A DNA stretch of 64,000 nucleotides from contig CBDCCK010000002.1 in assembly GCA_965214835.1 (NCBI GenBank), positions 2,752,001-2,816,000 of the forward strand. Reading direction: 5' to 3'. Below are positions 1 to 9,349 of this stretch, piece by piece (position 1 is the first letter of the stretch; each line of letters starts with the position of its first letter). The DNA is from Nitrosopumilaceae archaeon (GTDB taxonomy: Archaea; Thermoproteota; Nitrososphaeria; Nitrososphaerales; Nitrosopumilaceae). The notes below the pieces were generated by a model. That model worked only from the letters and a program-made list of their open reading frames with translations. It was not told the DNA's origin and did no database searches. The position numbers were made by a program, and so were the translations under genes.

Positions 1-53
1 TCCTCCTCTGCCATGACCTGATCCGGGCTCCGGACGCTCTGCGTGCGCGGCAC

Positions 54-788
54 CTAGCGGACCCCCATCTCGCTCACCGTGAGCCTTACTGCCTTGGCTG
101 CCCTGTTTGTCCTGTTCTCAAGCATGGCAAAGTTCCTCATTACGTGGATCTTGAACCTGTCATACCCGTCGGGATCATCCTTGAAGTGTTTCCGCCGGGA
201 CGACATCTCCCGGTTCAGCCCGTACTCCACGGACTGCCCGTCGTTGGTGTCGACTCCAAGCCTTACGGCGTCCTCGTGCATCTCGGATATGACGCCGAGC
301 ATCTTTGGCGTCTTTTTGACGCACAGGACGACGGATATGGTCTCCCGTATGTCCTTTTCTGGTACGAACTGGCAGGACTCCCTGCATGCTACGTATATGG
401 CAAAGGCCGCGCACTTTGCCCTGGCATAGTGAGTTCTTGCGTGCAGCGTATCGTATATGTTCCACGCCCTATACCGTATGTGCTCCACAAGCCCAAGCTT
501 GCTGCATATGTTTGAAAAGTCAGACGAGGTCCGCGGGTTGCCGATGTGGATGTTCGGGTTGATCACCTTCATGTCCCCGGGATCCCCGCCGCTCTCCACC
601 TGGTGATACAGCATGGGCCTGCTCTCCGATGGCACGCACGACCTGTCGGGGATCCTCTCCTCCAGAACCACGCCGCACCTGCAGACGGACTCGCCGTCCT
701 CCGTCGTCACGATCCTGGAGGGATCGTCGTGGCGGCATGTGATTATGAGGCCGTATCGCTGCATATCGTACCGTAATTTACGGATCAC
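54..788 (-). CDS. Divergent TFIIB/TFB-like protein (Zn ribbon + one cyclin-like repeat)
   Basis: N-terminal CRH...VCRCGVVLEE zinc ribbon, then ICSKLGL..YRAWNIY..AAFAIYVACRE, typical of the TFB cyclin fold. Confidence 0.75.
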   Translation of the reverse strand: MIRKLRYDMQRYGLIITCRHDDPSRIVTTEDGESVCRCGVVLEERIPDRSCVPSESRPMLYHQVESGGDPGDMKVINPNIHIGNPRTSSDFSNICSKLGLVEHIRYRAWNIYDTLHARTHYARAKCAAFAIYVACRESCQFVPEKDIRETISVVLCVKKTPKMLGVISEMHEDAVRLGVDTNDGQSVEYGLNREMSSRRKHFKDDPDGYDRFKIHVMRNFAMLENRTNRAAKAVRLTVSEMGVR

Positions 789-958
789 TGATCCCCGCCG
801 CTATTTGATCATTGACTGAACGCACGATCGGGGATGCCAGAAACGCCGATCAACCGTTCCTGTCGATGATCCTGGAGGGTCGTCGGCGGCAGGCGTAGCT
901 GCCACGACGGCTTTTAAGATATGCACAAACGCATGAAGGGACATGCGCATGAAGGGAC

Positions 959-1222
959 ATGCCAGAAGGGGGGACTCCGATCAAGGCAAGGCTGGGAAGA
1001 AACGCCTGCATACTGTATGCGGGAAACGGCGCCATATCCGTAGAGTTTACAAGGTTTCAAAAGTCACTGTGTATTCCATACGAGAGCATACGGTGCATCC
1101 AGACGTGGGATGACTGCCTGCTTGTCAACGCCTCCGGGAAGGGATCCGTCCTGTACGTGTTCAGGCTTGCAGGCGCAAAAAAGATGTACGACACGATACG
1201 CTCAAGGCTCGGTATAAAGTGA
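959..1222 (+). CDS. Small hypothetical protein, possibly PH-like beta fold
   Basis: 87-aa ORF with IPYESIRCIQ motif; TTTTAAG box upstream at ~912. Confidence 0.45.
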   Translation: MPEGGTPIKARLGRNACILYAGNGAISVEFTRFQKSLCIPYESIRCIQTWDDCLLVNASGKGSVLYVFRLAGAKKMYDTIRSRLGIK

Positions 1223-1501
1223 GTCAAGCGTTCTACGAAGCTTTTTGTAGTGTTTTGTCCGAAACTCGAATGTATGTTCTGACCCGTCCTCCTCCCAGTG
1301 CATCCTGCACCGCTCCTCGAAGACTCCCCCCAGCGACACGGTCTTCTTCAGGGCAGATAGTGGCACAAAGTCAAGATAGATTCCGCGCCGGTGCACCTCG
1401 TATGCCACTGCCATGTTGGTCACACATAGCGTGCCTGCGCCAAACTCGGAGCTTGCAGGTATGCGGAGAAGAACCCTCTCTCCCATGTCTCTGCGCGGCA
1501 C
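1202..1501 (-). CDS. Small hypothetical protein, possibly PH-like fold
   Basis: GTLCVTNMAVAY...VPLSAL pattern; lies directly downstream of the VirB6-like gene. Confidence 0.55.
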   Translation of the reverse strand: MPRRDMGERVLLRIPASSEFGAGTLCVTNMAVAYEVHRRGIYLDFVPLSALKKTVSLGGVFEERCRMHWEEDGSEHTFEFRTKHYKKLRRTLDSLYTEP

Positions 1502-1503
1502 TA

Positions 1504-3330
1504 TCAGGATTCGTCCCCGTCCGTGACCATCCGTCCTGCCCCGACCGGATGCCTCCTTATCTGGCGGGTTACCTTGTCGTCAAACTTTTTCCTCGCCTCG
1601 GGCGGTGCGCCGTCAAGCCCGGCGTCCCTGCGGGCAGAGTCAAGAAACCTCTCCCTTGCGTCGGGGTCGTCCGTCATGGACTGTCCGGCATCAAGGGGCC
1701 GGGCGTTGTGCATCATGGCGTTGAGCGGTTCTCCCGGGTTCACCAGCGTATTGTCCTCGAATACGTGCGGGGCCACCGCGCGCTCTGCGGACTCCATCTT
1801 TCTGGTGACTTCCCTGGCGGCCCCTCCCGCAAGCGCGCCATATGCGGCATTCTGTATGCGCGCGTCCCCGCCGTGGATCATCTGGCCCGATACGCCTGAT
1901 GCCGCAGATCCCATGCCCATCTGCTGTGTCGCCGACTGGACCATTCCGGAGCCAAGGCCGCCAAGAAACCCGGCGGCCCCGGCCCTGCCGTACACCCTCA
2001 TCTTGTCCAGTACGGACATTCTTCCCAGGCTGGCCCCGGAGGTCGCAGATCCGACCGAGGCGGAGCTGAACCCGTTTCCGGCCGAACCCGCTACGGCCCC
2101 GGCAGCGGCCCCGCCCACGATACCTGATACCCCCCGCATGGCAGCAGAGGCCCGTCCCACCCCGTGCGTTATCCCGCGCAGCGCCCCGGATCCGGCCACG
2201 CTTGCAGACGTTATGGACGATGATACCATGCTGCCCACCTTTGTCGAGAGGTTTCCAAGCATCGGGGAGAGCATGACTGGGAAGAACACTGCCAGGAATC
2301 CCACGCTCAGCAGCTGGAACCACATGCGTAGTGGCGGCAGCTCCTGCGAGTCTATGGTGGAGATACCGACTGAGAGAACCAGTGCGGACAGTACAGGGGC
2401 CATGGCAAGCCCGACCAGGTTCTGCTGGAACATCGACGAGATCCTGCCCGTGTTTATCCACGGGATCAGACCTATGGCAGTAACCAGTGGGAATGACACT
2501 ATGATTATCTCGGTAAGCATGACGCGTACCGCGGACAGCACGAACATCATGGCAGTCATGAACATCACGGCAAACCCCTTGAAGAGCGACAGTATGACGT
2601 TTACAAGAAGGTCCTCGCCAAACAGTGGGTTCTGGAGCGACTCGTTCCACGATTCCAGGTTCAGCGTATCGTCGCGGTCGTACCGGCTGACGTCATCAAA
2701 TATCCCCACGGGGTCTATGGATGTCGTGCCGTCGATGCTGCATGCCACCGATCCCATAAGGCACCACAATCTGGTGGTCCTGGCATGCGGGTCGCCGCCG
2801 AACGGATCCATGAGATACAGCGAGGAGGACTCTATGACCAGCGCGACGGTATCCCACAGGTACGGCAGCACCAGGTATATCGGAACTAGGATGACAAGCT
2901 TTGCAAGTATCCCGTATGCCGTGCCGGGCCTGACCAGGTTGAACTCCTCAAAGAAATAGGATACGCCTGCAAGCATTACAAGTATCACGAATATCCCCAT
3001 GGCTATCTTTACCATCAGGCCGTACATCGCGATGGATGGGAACAGCTCCGCAAACTCCTGCTCTGAGAGGACAGTATCAGAGTCACCGACGGCTATCTCT
3101 CCGGAGTCAAGTGTTGGAACGTACTGCGGGATCCTGGTGCCGTCATCGGCATAGTGGAATATCGTGGGCATGTCTGCAAGCAGGTCCGGGACCATCGGCC
3201 CTCCTACGCCCACGAACAGCTGCGATATGGCAATCATCGACGAGAATATCAGGATCCCCATGCCCAGCATGAGCGGCATCGTGAAGAGAAAGCCGCGCCG
3301 CCTGCGGCTCATCCGGGTGCGAAAGGACAC
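1504..3330 (-). CDS. VirB6/TrbL-like polytopic membrane protein of a type IV secretion system
   Basis: Many TM segments, AVRVMLTEIIIVSFPL segment, long Gly/Ala/Ser-rich tail; same cluster as VirB4. Confidence 0.75.
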   Translation of the reverse strand: MSFRTRMSRRRRGFLFTMPLMLGMGILIFSSMIAISQLFVGVGGPMVPDLLADMPTIFHYADDGTRIPQYVPTLDSGEIAVGDSDTVLSEQEFAELFPSIAMYGLMVKIAMGIFVILVMLAGVSYFFEEFNLVRPGTAYGILAKLVILVPIYLVLPYLWDTVALVIESSSLYLMDPFGGDPHARTTRLWCLMGSVACSIDGTTSIDPVGIFDDVSRYDRDDTLNLESWNESLQNPLFGEDLLVNVILSLFKGFAVMFMTAMMFVLSAVRVMLTEIIIVSFPLVTAIGLIPWINTGRISSMFQQNLVGLAMAPVLSALVLSVGISTIDSQELPPLRMWFQLLSVGFLAVFFPVMLSPMLGNLSTKVGSMVSSSITSASVAGSGALRGITHGVGRASAAMRGVSGIVGGAAAGAVAGSAGNGFSSASVGSATSGASLGRMSVLDKMRVYGRAGAAGFLGGLGSGMVQSATQQMGMGSAASGVSGQMIHGGDARIQNAAYGALAGGAAREVTRKMESAERAVAPHVFEDNTLVNPGEPLNAMMHNARPLDAGQSMTDDPDARERFLDSARRDAGLDGAPPEARKKFDDKVTRQIRRHPVGAGRMVTDGDES

Positions 3331-3397
3331 ACACCCATAATCCCGGCGTCATTTAAGACCACATATCCGGCTTTTATGACGTACGGAATTTGACCGT

Positions 3398-3802
3398 ATG
3401 AACGAGATAATCGCGGCAGTCATGCTGTTTGGCGTCGTAACTGCCGTCTTTGTGCCGCTTATCGCCGACTCGGGCTCGCAGATATTCTCAAGATCCACTA
3501 CCATAAGGGACTCCATGGAGGATGCGCGCGTGCAGTCGGGCCAGTCCGCGGTGGCCACCCATGCCCAGCAGGTCAACGGGACCATTACCGTATTCGTATC
3601 CAACATCGGAACCGAGGACATTTACATACGCACCGTCCTGGTCGACGGATACGAGTCGCCATACGTGCTGAATGACCAGGACGGCGACGAGGCAGGCGTG
3701 CTTGCAGCAGGCGGCCTGGGCTCGCTGGGCATAACGGGCACGGGGAACAGGGTACAGGTAATCACGACTGCAGGCAAGCTCTTTGAATTTGATGCCGGGT
3801 GA
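3398..3802 (+). CDS. Archaeal type IV pilin-like protein
   Basis: NEIIAAVMLFGVV hydrophobic N-terminus, VFVSNIGTEDIYI and VITTAGKLFEF motifs. Confidence 0.7.
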   Translation: MNEIIAAVMLFGVVTAVFVPLIADSGSQIFSRSTTIRDSMEDARVQSGQSAVATHAQQVNGTITVFVSNIGTEDIYIRTVLVDGYESPYVLNDQDGDEAGVLAAGGLGSLGITGTGNRVQVITTAGKLFEFDAG

Positions 3803-4065
3803 CGTGTTTGGGGGTCAGGGGATTTTGGTGGGCGGCTCCGGCACTGTCAGGCGCTTTATCGCATTGTGTTTCCCCACATGACTTTGATTTTGATATCCGG
3901 TCTTCCCAAAAAGCACTAACCATACCCAACATTCTTAAACACAAACTTTGCATAGATCATGCATGCCTGATACCAAAAAAATAACGATGGAACTAGAGGA
4001 TGTCAGTGATAGTTTGGCCAAAAGAGCCCACGAAGAGTGGAAGGAGCTAGGCGAAGACTAAAAAA

Positions 4066-4362
4066 TTATTCTGTTTTGTTTGGCTTGGGAACACAATAGC
4101 GGATAAAGTGCCTGTAGGCTTCCCTGCCGACATATTTGGCAAACCAGTGTCTCATCAGGTTCCATTCCTCTACATCCGCATCATCGGATTCAACACGCAG
4201 TCCGATCTCACTTGCGAGGTTTCTGTCAATTACAAACCCGTGTGTGGGCAGCTTGAAGAGCAACTCGTCCGTTATTTGCTCAATGCCTTCCTCATCACAA
4301 CTCCCTGATTGCCTGTGCGATCTTAAATTATGACGCAACCCCGCCGACGACAGAATTGGCAA
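4066..4362 (-). pseudogene. C-terminal remnant of a Clp-fold (SDH_sah-like) serine protease
   Basis: LPTHGFVIDRNLASEIGLRVE motif; upstream part is broken. Confidence 0.5.
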
Positions 4363-4629
4363 GCAGGTACGCCTTTTTCTTTTCTGCAGGCTTCATCTTT
4401 TGCCCAATGCCAACAAGCACATCTTCAATTCCAATCTCAAAACAATTCAGATTAGGCCGCATGCAGTCCATCATGTCACCATCCGAACCGCCACAAGTCT
4501 GATTGCATCCGGGAAGACTGGACGACAGGGCAGGGTTTATCCCTCCTGCAGTCTTCATACGTGGCTCGCGAAGGCACCGTGGGAGCGTATGGGAGGATCG
4601 CATCCGTCTCCTGAATTTTATTTTTAATT

Positions 4630-4678
4630 AAAAAAAAGGCTAGTACAACGCTAGCACTACTTGCCTAAGACTCAAGGA
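4630..4678 (-). ncRNA. Candidate small antisense RNA to the adjacent tRNA
   Basis: Minus strand CUUGAGUCUUAGGCAAG-UAGUGCUAGCGUUGUACUAG-CC-U8; complementary to tRNA 4715-4750; TTTAAAA box (4702-4696) about 20-25 nt upstream; oligo-T terminator. Confidence 0.55.
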
Positions 4679-4708
4679 TTATAGGATGTGTTGCATTTTA
4701 AACCTTGT

Positions 4709-4779
4709 GGGCCCCTAGTATAATGGTAGTACGCTTGCCTAAGACTCAAGAGGTCCGGGTTCGATTCCCGGGGGGTCCA
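4709..4779 (+). tRNA. tRNA with AAG (Leu) anticodon on an Ala-type body
   Basis: Acceptor GGGCCCC/GGGGTCC (G3:U70), A73; D stem GTAT/GTAC; anticodon arm CTTGC-CTAAGAC-TCAAG (AAG at 4741-4743, C31:U39 mismatch); variable loop AGGT; T arm CCGGG-TTCGATT-CCCGG. Confidence 0.9.
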
Positions 4780-4835
4780 CGCTAATTCAGAATGAGCGTA
4801 TCTCTCCGAGACAGCGGCTGCCGGTTCACCATATA

Positions 4836-5267
4836 TCACGGATGGATTTTCTCAAACACCATGCCGCATTCCTCCACGGAGCCGTCCCCGGAGGTTACCG
4901 TCGCCCTTACCATGTGGGCTGAATTCGTAACAGATGCGGCAAACGTACCTGACGGCTTCCACGAGTCCCCCGGGCCAAGGGCCGTCCCGTTGAGTCCGTG
5001 TACGGCACCGTCATCATCGAGGAACCTCACCGCTGCAGAGTCGACTGTCGCGGTTCCCGTGTTGTATATGGACGCGGCAAAATACGCCCTCCCCGCCCCG
5101 GTCCCGTGCAGCACAACATCGGATATCTCGCATCCTATGGATCCCGTAAGGTTGTCCACCTGGCCCGTCAGTACAGATGCCACCGCCGCCGCCATGACAG
5201 AGGCAAGTCCTATGAGGAGCGACACTGCGACCAGGCTGTGGATGCCCCGGCGTGTCCCGGTGATCAA
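4836..5267 (-). CDS. Archaeal type IV pilin-like protein
   Basis: Class III signal-like RRG/IHSLVAVSLLIGL, SIYNTGTATV motif; overlaps the VirB4 stop. Confidence 0.75.
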   Translation of the reverse strand: MITGTRRGIHSLVAVSLLIGLASVMAAAVASVLTGQVDNLTGSIGCEISDVVLHGTGAGRAYFAASIYNTGTATVDSAAVRFLDDDGAVHGLNGTALGPGDSWKPSGTFAASVTNSAHMVRATVTSGDGSVEECGMVFEKIHP

Positions 5268-7084
5268 GGTTTCTCCCCGGGCGGGGACGTGTCAAACAGT
5301 GTTCTTTCCTCCCCGGATGGCTCGAACCTCACGTGCAGGCGGTACCTCTTTGTGAGCAGTATGGCGTTTCCCGGATCAAAGGACTTTATCCGGGAGGCCT
5401 CGTGCGGTGATAAATTGAGTATCTTTGCGGCGCTGTCGGTGGCCTCCTCCTCCATGTTCAACAGAATCTTGGTCTCCATGTTGTCCACGATGCGGTTTGC
5501 CCCGCCCCTGTCGCGCGCAATGTCGTCTATGTTCTGCGATACGAACAGGAATTTTACGTTGCGCTTTCTTCCCATGCGGACTATCTGCTCGATGTACTTT
5601 TGTGCGCCCTCCATCTTGAAGATCATCCATGCCTCGTCCAACAAAATTATCTTCTGTACGTTCTGCGGCATGGCCTCTATCCTCTTCCATACCCTGCTCA
5701 GGGCGAGGATCAGCAGCATTATCTCGTGCGGCTTGCCGTCTGCCTTTCTCATCGATATCACGATCCGGTCAGACATCTTCGGGGTTCCGCGCATCATCCT
5801 GGCAAGCGGGCCGTCCACAAGATCGTCTAGCCACTTTTGCGAGCCCGGATTGTCTGCAAGTATATCGTACAGCTCATCGACGCTGCCCACCCTGTCAGAA
5901 AACCTGCGGAACTGCTTTACCACATCCTCGGGCGCCCGGGTCACGCCGCCCAGTATGTCGGCCGCATCCGCAGGCTCGAGCAGTTTGAACGGGTCAAGGC
6001 CCAGCTCGGCGTCCCCGCCGGTTATCTGTATCCGGTCAAGGCCCAGCTCTGGGGCTATGTCGTGGTACTCGCCCATCGGGTCTATCACAAAGCACAGACT
6101 CTCCGGATGCTTCTCAATCAGCCTGCGCAGGATCATCTTTGCCGTAAAGGACTTGCCCGAGCCCGACGTCCCGATTATGGCCATGTTGTAGTTTGTCCGC
6201 TTTTGAAAGTCAAATATCACGGGCGCCCCGCTGTCGGTGTTTATTCCCAGCACGAGTCCGTTTGGGACCTCCAGCATGTCGCCTGACACCATCGAGTAAA
6301 GGCACGACATGCTTCCAAGGTCAAAGGTGAGGGTCTTGCCCCACCCCTCTGCAAGCATGGCCCCCTGCCTTGCCATCTGCGTGCAGAACTCCCCGCCCTG
6401 GATGCTCGATGCGTTGCGCAGCTCCCGGACTGCCGTCCGCAGTCCCTTGAGGTCCTGTGCCACCAGTACGCATATCACCCTGCACCTGAACAGGCCCGAG
6501 TGGTTCTGCCTCATCGACGTCTCTGCGCGCTCCAGCTTTTCGTACTCGACTGCGGCCTGCTTTGAGCGCAATGACGACTCGTAGACCAGCTCCTTTCTCT
6601 TGCGTATGCCCTCGAGCGCGTCCCGGTGCTGCACGGGCTCTATCCAGATGCCCACCTCGTGGCATGCGGGAAATATCCCCGTCGCAATCCACCCCCACGC
6701 AATCTCGTAGGGGAGGCGGCGCAGCGTAAAGCACTTGGCCACGGCTGTCGCCCCGTCGCCGATGTCAACGTCCATGTGGCGCCATCCCTCGCGCAGTATC
6801 CTTATCTGCCTGTGCCCGCCGATGTCGGCGGTATACTCGTAGCGCAGCGCGTCAAATATGTGGTTGAGCGGCTCGCCGCTTGAGACATACAGCTGCAGTA
6901 TGGGCATCCCCACCATCTGCCCGTCCACCGGGATTGTCAGCATCTTTCTTGCCAGTCTTATCCGAATCGGTTTTGATATTACGCGCAGCAAATCAAAGAA
7001 CTCGCCCAGCTTCTTGCGCTGCTTTTGCTCGGGAAGCGTGACAAAGTTTGTCGGCGTTACCGTATAGTGGTAGGATAGCTTCAC
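5264..7084 (-). CDS. virB4: VirB4-family T4SS ATPase
   Basis: Walker A GTSGSGKS, VIDPMGEY, Walker B ILLDEAW, RMGRKRNV..VSQ; GTG start at 7084 chosen to avoid overlap with the divergent gene. Confidence 0.9.
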   Translation of the reverse strand: MKLSYHYTVTPTNFVTLPEQKQRKKLGEFFDLLRVISKPIRIRLARKMLTIPVDGQMVGMPILQLYVSSGEPLNHIFDALRYEYTADIGGHRQIRILREGWRHMDVDIGDGATAVAKCFTLRRLPYEIAWGWIATGIFPACHEVGIWIEPVQHRDALEGIRKRKELVYESSLRSKQAAVEYEKLERAETSMRQNHSGLFRCRVICVLVAQDLKGLRTAVRELRNASSIQGGEFCTQMARQGAMLAEGWGKTLTFDLGSMSCLYSMVSGDMLEVPNGLVLGINTDSGAPVIFDFQKRTNYNMAIIGTSGSGKSFTAKMILRRLIEKHPESLCFVIDPMGEYHDIAPELGLDRIQITGGDAELGLDPFKLLEPADAADILGGVTRAPEDVVKQFRRFSDRVGSVDELYDILADNPGSQKWLDDLVDGPLARMMRGTPKMSDRIVISMRKADGKPHEIMLLILALSRVWKRIEAMPQNVQKIILLDEAWMIFKMEGAQKYIEQIVRMGRKRNVKFLFVSQNIDDIARDRGGANRIVDNMETKILLNMEEEATDSAAKILNLSPHEASRIKSFDPGNAILLTKRYRLHVRFEPSGEERTLFDTSPPGEKP

Positions 7085-7133
7085 ACCAGACAAATCGGGC
7101 CTGACCTTAAAAGGACGGCAACGCTTGACGCAT

Positions 7134-8579
7134 ATGGAGCACCATGTCGGCGAGTTCAGCATAGTGCGGTTTGAGACGGGCGATCCGGGAGACGTGATAA
7201 GGTCATACGGGGTAAACGGTGCCACGATCCACATAACGCGTGACGGCAGGTACCTGGTATCGGAACCCGGGCTGAGCGGCAGGGCGGAGAAGGTGTGGCA
7301 GGGACTGATGGAGAACCTGTACTATTCGTTTGCAGACACGCACGTGGGGGATGCCGTGCAGGCGGTAAAGGACAGGCTTGAGGAGGAGGCAAGGCAGACC
7401 GCCGTCCTTGACGTTTACGGGGCAGAAAAGGAGGCAATCGAGTACTATCTGATACGCGACATCGCCGGATACAGGGAGCTTGACGTGCTGATGAGGGATC
7501 CAGGGATAGAGGACATCATATGCACCAGGTTTGACAGGGAGGTGGCAGTCATCCACCGCGACCACCCGGAGGCCGAGATGCTGAAGACCAACATCAGGTT
7601 TGCAACGCAGGAGTCCCTTGACGGCCTGCTGCAGATAATGGCCCAGCGCAACGGCACGGCCCCCACGATATCCAAGCCCATAGCGTACTGCTCGACCCCG
7701 GACAACGACAGGATAACCATAACGTGGAAGGACGAGGTATCAAGGCCCGGATCCACACTTGCAATTAGAAAGTTTCCAAGGGAGCCGTATACCATAACGC
7801 ACCTGCTGGAATCAGGCGTGCTCAGCCCGCTGCTTGCCGCATACGTCTGGGTGATGAACGACGCAAGATCGTTCTCCTTTATAGTAGGCGAGACGGGCTC
7901 GGGCAAGACCACCATGATAAACGCCCTTGCCTGCATGATGCACCCCCGGTGGCATATACTGACCATAGAGGAGACACGGGAGCTGAGCATACCGCACTAC
8001 TGGAACGAGTACATGGTCACGAGGACCAGCCCGCACCTTGCAAGGTCGGAATACGACATTGACATCATGGGCCTCGGCATGGCCGCGCTGAGAAAAAAGC
8101 CGCACTATGTCATAGTCGGCGAGGTGCGCGGAAGGGAGGCGCAGCAGCTGTTTCAGGTCGCGCTCACCGGACACGGGTGCGTCTCCAGCATACATGCGCC
8201 CGGCGCAGGCGACCTGATGGTCAGGCTGGGCGGAGACGAGATGGGAATCACGCAGACCCAGCAGGCAAGCATCGACTATCTCATCCAGATACAGAAGGTA
8301 AAGACGGGCGGCGGGGTCGTGGCAAGGAGGGTCACGGGTGTAACGGAGGTGGCTGGGGGAACCGTGCCGGAGCTGCACGAGCTGTTCTCGTATAATCCGG
8401 AAGCGGAGTCGTTTCTGCCCGGCGATACAGATGATGTGATATCAGACAGCATAAAGCTGAAGGATGCCACGAGGTTTCTCGGGATAGATGACATCGGAGA
8501 AGACATCGGGAGGCGCATCTCGCTTCTTGACGAGTGCGTGAGGAGCAGGCGCACAGCGTGCGCGACGTGTTTGGGATAA
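7134..8579 (+). CDS. VirB11/FlaI/TadA-type secretion ATPase (possible frameshift near C-terminus)
   Basis: GETGSGKTT, TIEETREL, ALRKKPHYVIVGEVRGREA, TGHG..SSIHA. Confidence 0.9.
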   Translation: MEHHVGEFSIVRFETGDPGDVIRSYGVNGATIHITRDGRYLVSEPGLSGRAEKVWQGLMENLYYSFADTHVGDAVQAVKDRLEEEARQTAVLDVYGAEKEAIEYYLIRDIAGYRELDVLMRDPGIEDIICTRFDREVAVIHRDHPEAEMLKTNIRFATQESLDGLLQIMAQRNGTAPTISKPIAYCSTPDNDRITITWKDEVSRPGSTLAIRKFPREPYTITHLLESGVLSPLLAAYVWVMNDARSFSFIVGETGSGKTTMINALACMMHPRWHILTIEETRELSIPHYWNEYMVTRTSPHLARSEYDIDIMGLGMAALRKKPHYVIVGEVRGREAQQLFQVALTGHGCVSSIHAPGAGDLMVRLGGDEMGITQTQQASIDYLIQIQKVKTGGGVVARRVTGVTEVAGGTVPELHELFSYNPEAESFLPGDTDDVISDSIKLKDATRFLGIDDIGEDIGRRISLLDECVRSRRTACATCLG

Positions 8580-8622
8580 CCTCCAGGTACTACGGCACGG
8601 CATCGCCCGGATCCTGAACATA

Positions 8623-9027
8623 TCATAATGCTTTGTTTGATCCTAGAAATCTCTCATTGGACAGTATTGCAAAACCGTGAAGCGTGGCAAACAGGTATGC
8701 CACTGCCGTGCTTGCCGCCGGGTCGAATCCGTGCACGACTATGACGGGCAGTGATACAACGCATGCCGCCTCGATTGCCATCGTTATAATCCAAGAGGTT
8801 CGGGTTGAAAACCTTCCGTATACAGCAGACAGCATGACGCTCTGCTCGTGTCTTGATATGCGGGAGCTGTTCGCAAGCGTGATGTGCAGATCCAGGTACA
8901 TGGAAGATGCCCACATCCCGAGTATCGCCAGTACAGAGGCCCAGTCTATATCGGGCCTTGCAAAAAAATACAAAAAGAGTACGGATGCCGAGGATATGAT
9001 CCCGGCACGGTCAGGGGCGCGGAACAA
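8623..9027 (-). CDS. Hypothetical membrane protein
   Basis: 134-aa ORF with 3-4 hydrophobic segments, overlapping the end of the VirB2-like gene. Confidence 0.55.
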   Translation of the reverse strand: MFRAPDRAGIISSASVLFLYFFARPDIDWASVLAILGMWASSMYLDLHITLANSSRISRHEQSVMLSAVYGRFSTRTSWIITMAIEAACVVSLPVIVVHGFDPAASTAVAYLFATLHGFAILSNERFLGSNKAL

Positions 9028-9349
9028 GCCTGTACTGGATGCCCTTTATCCCAAAGGCCACGATTATCACCACGGCCCCGCCTATCCGTATCGCGTTGAG
9101 GGCGATGCTTATCAGGCCCGTGACATCCTCTGAGAATATCGCGTTCTCCTGGCACTGCTCGTCCTCGCCTACCGCACAGAACGTGTTGATGTCGACCCCC
9201 ATGAGGGGCGCTATGATTGTAGGTGCTGCAATGATGAATATCATCGCGACGAACGCCTTTTTTCCGAACCTGACAAGGTCTCCCTTGCTTTTTCCCTCGT
9301 CATCGTCTCCAAACATGGTGTGTATGATGCCGTTTGATTTAAGGGACAA
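9011..9349 (-). CDS. VirB2/TrbC-like small two-TM pilin
   Basis: Two hydrophobic helices (KKAFVAMIFIIAAPTII; NAIRIGGAVVIIVAFGIKG) in T4SS context. Confidence 0.55.
   Translation of the reverse strand: MSLKSNGIIHTMFGDDDEGKSKGDLVRFGKKAFVAMIFIIAAPTIIAPLMGVDINTFCAVGEDEQCQENAIFSEDVTGLISIALNAIRIGGAVVIIVAFGIKGIQYRLVPRP

Noticed and set aside
1523-2959. Long antisense ORFs (for example 478 aa here, 430 aa at 12176-13468, 397 aa at 4998-6191)
   Set aside because: Shadow frames of GC-rich genes that have clear motifs on the opposite strand.
4640-4676. Partial tRNA copy read as an integrase att site
   Set aside because: It covers the D and anticodon arms rather than the 3' half, lies only ~30 bp from the tRNA, and no integrase is visible. 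Disfavoured, not fully excluded.
4739-4743. CTA or TAA in the loop read as an amber-suppressor or Leu(UAA) anticodon
   Set aside because: Stem register and U33 place AAG at positions 34-36.
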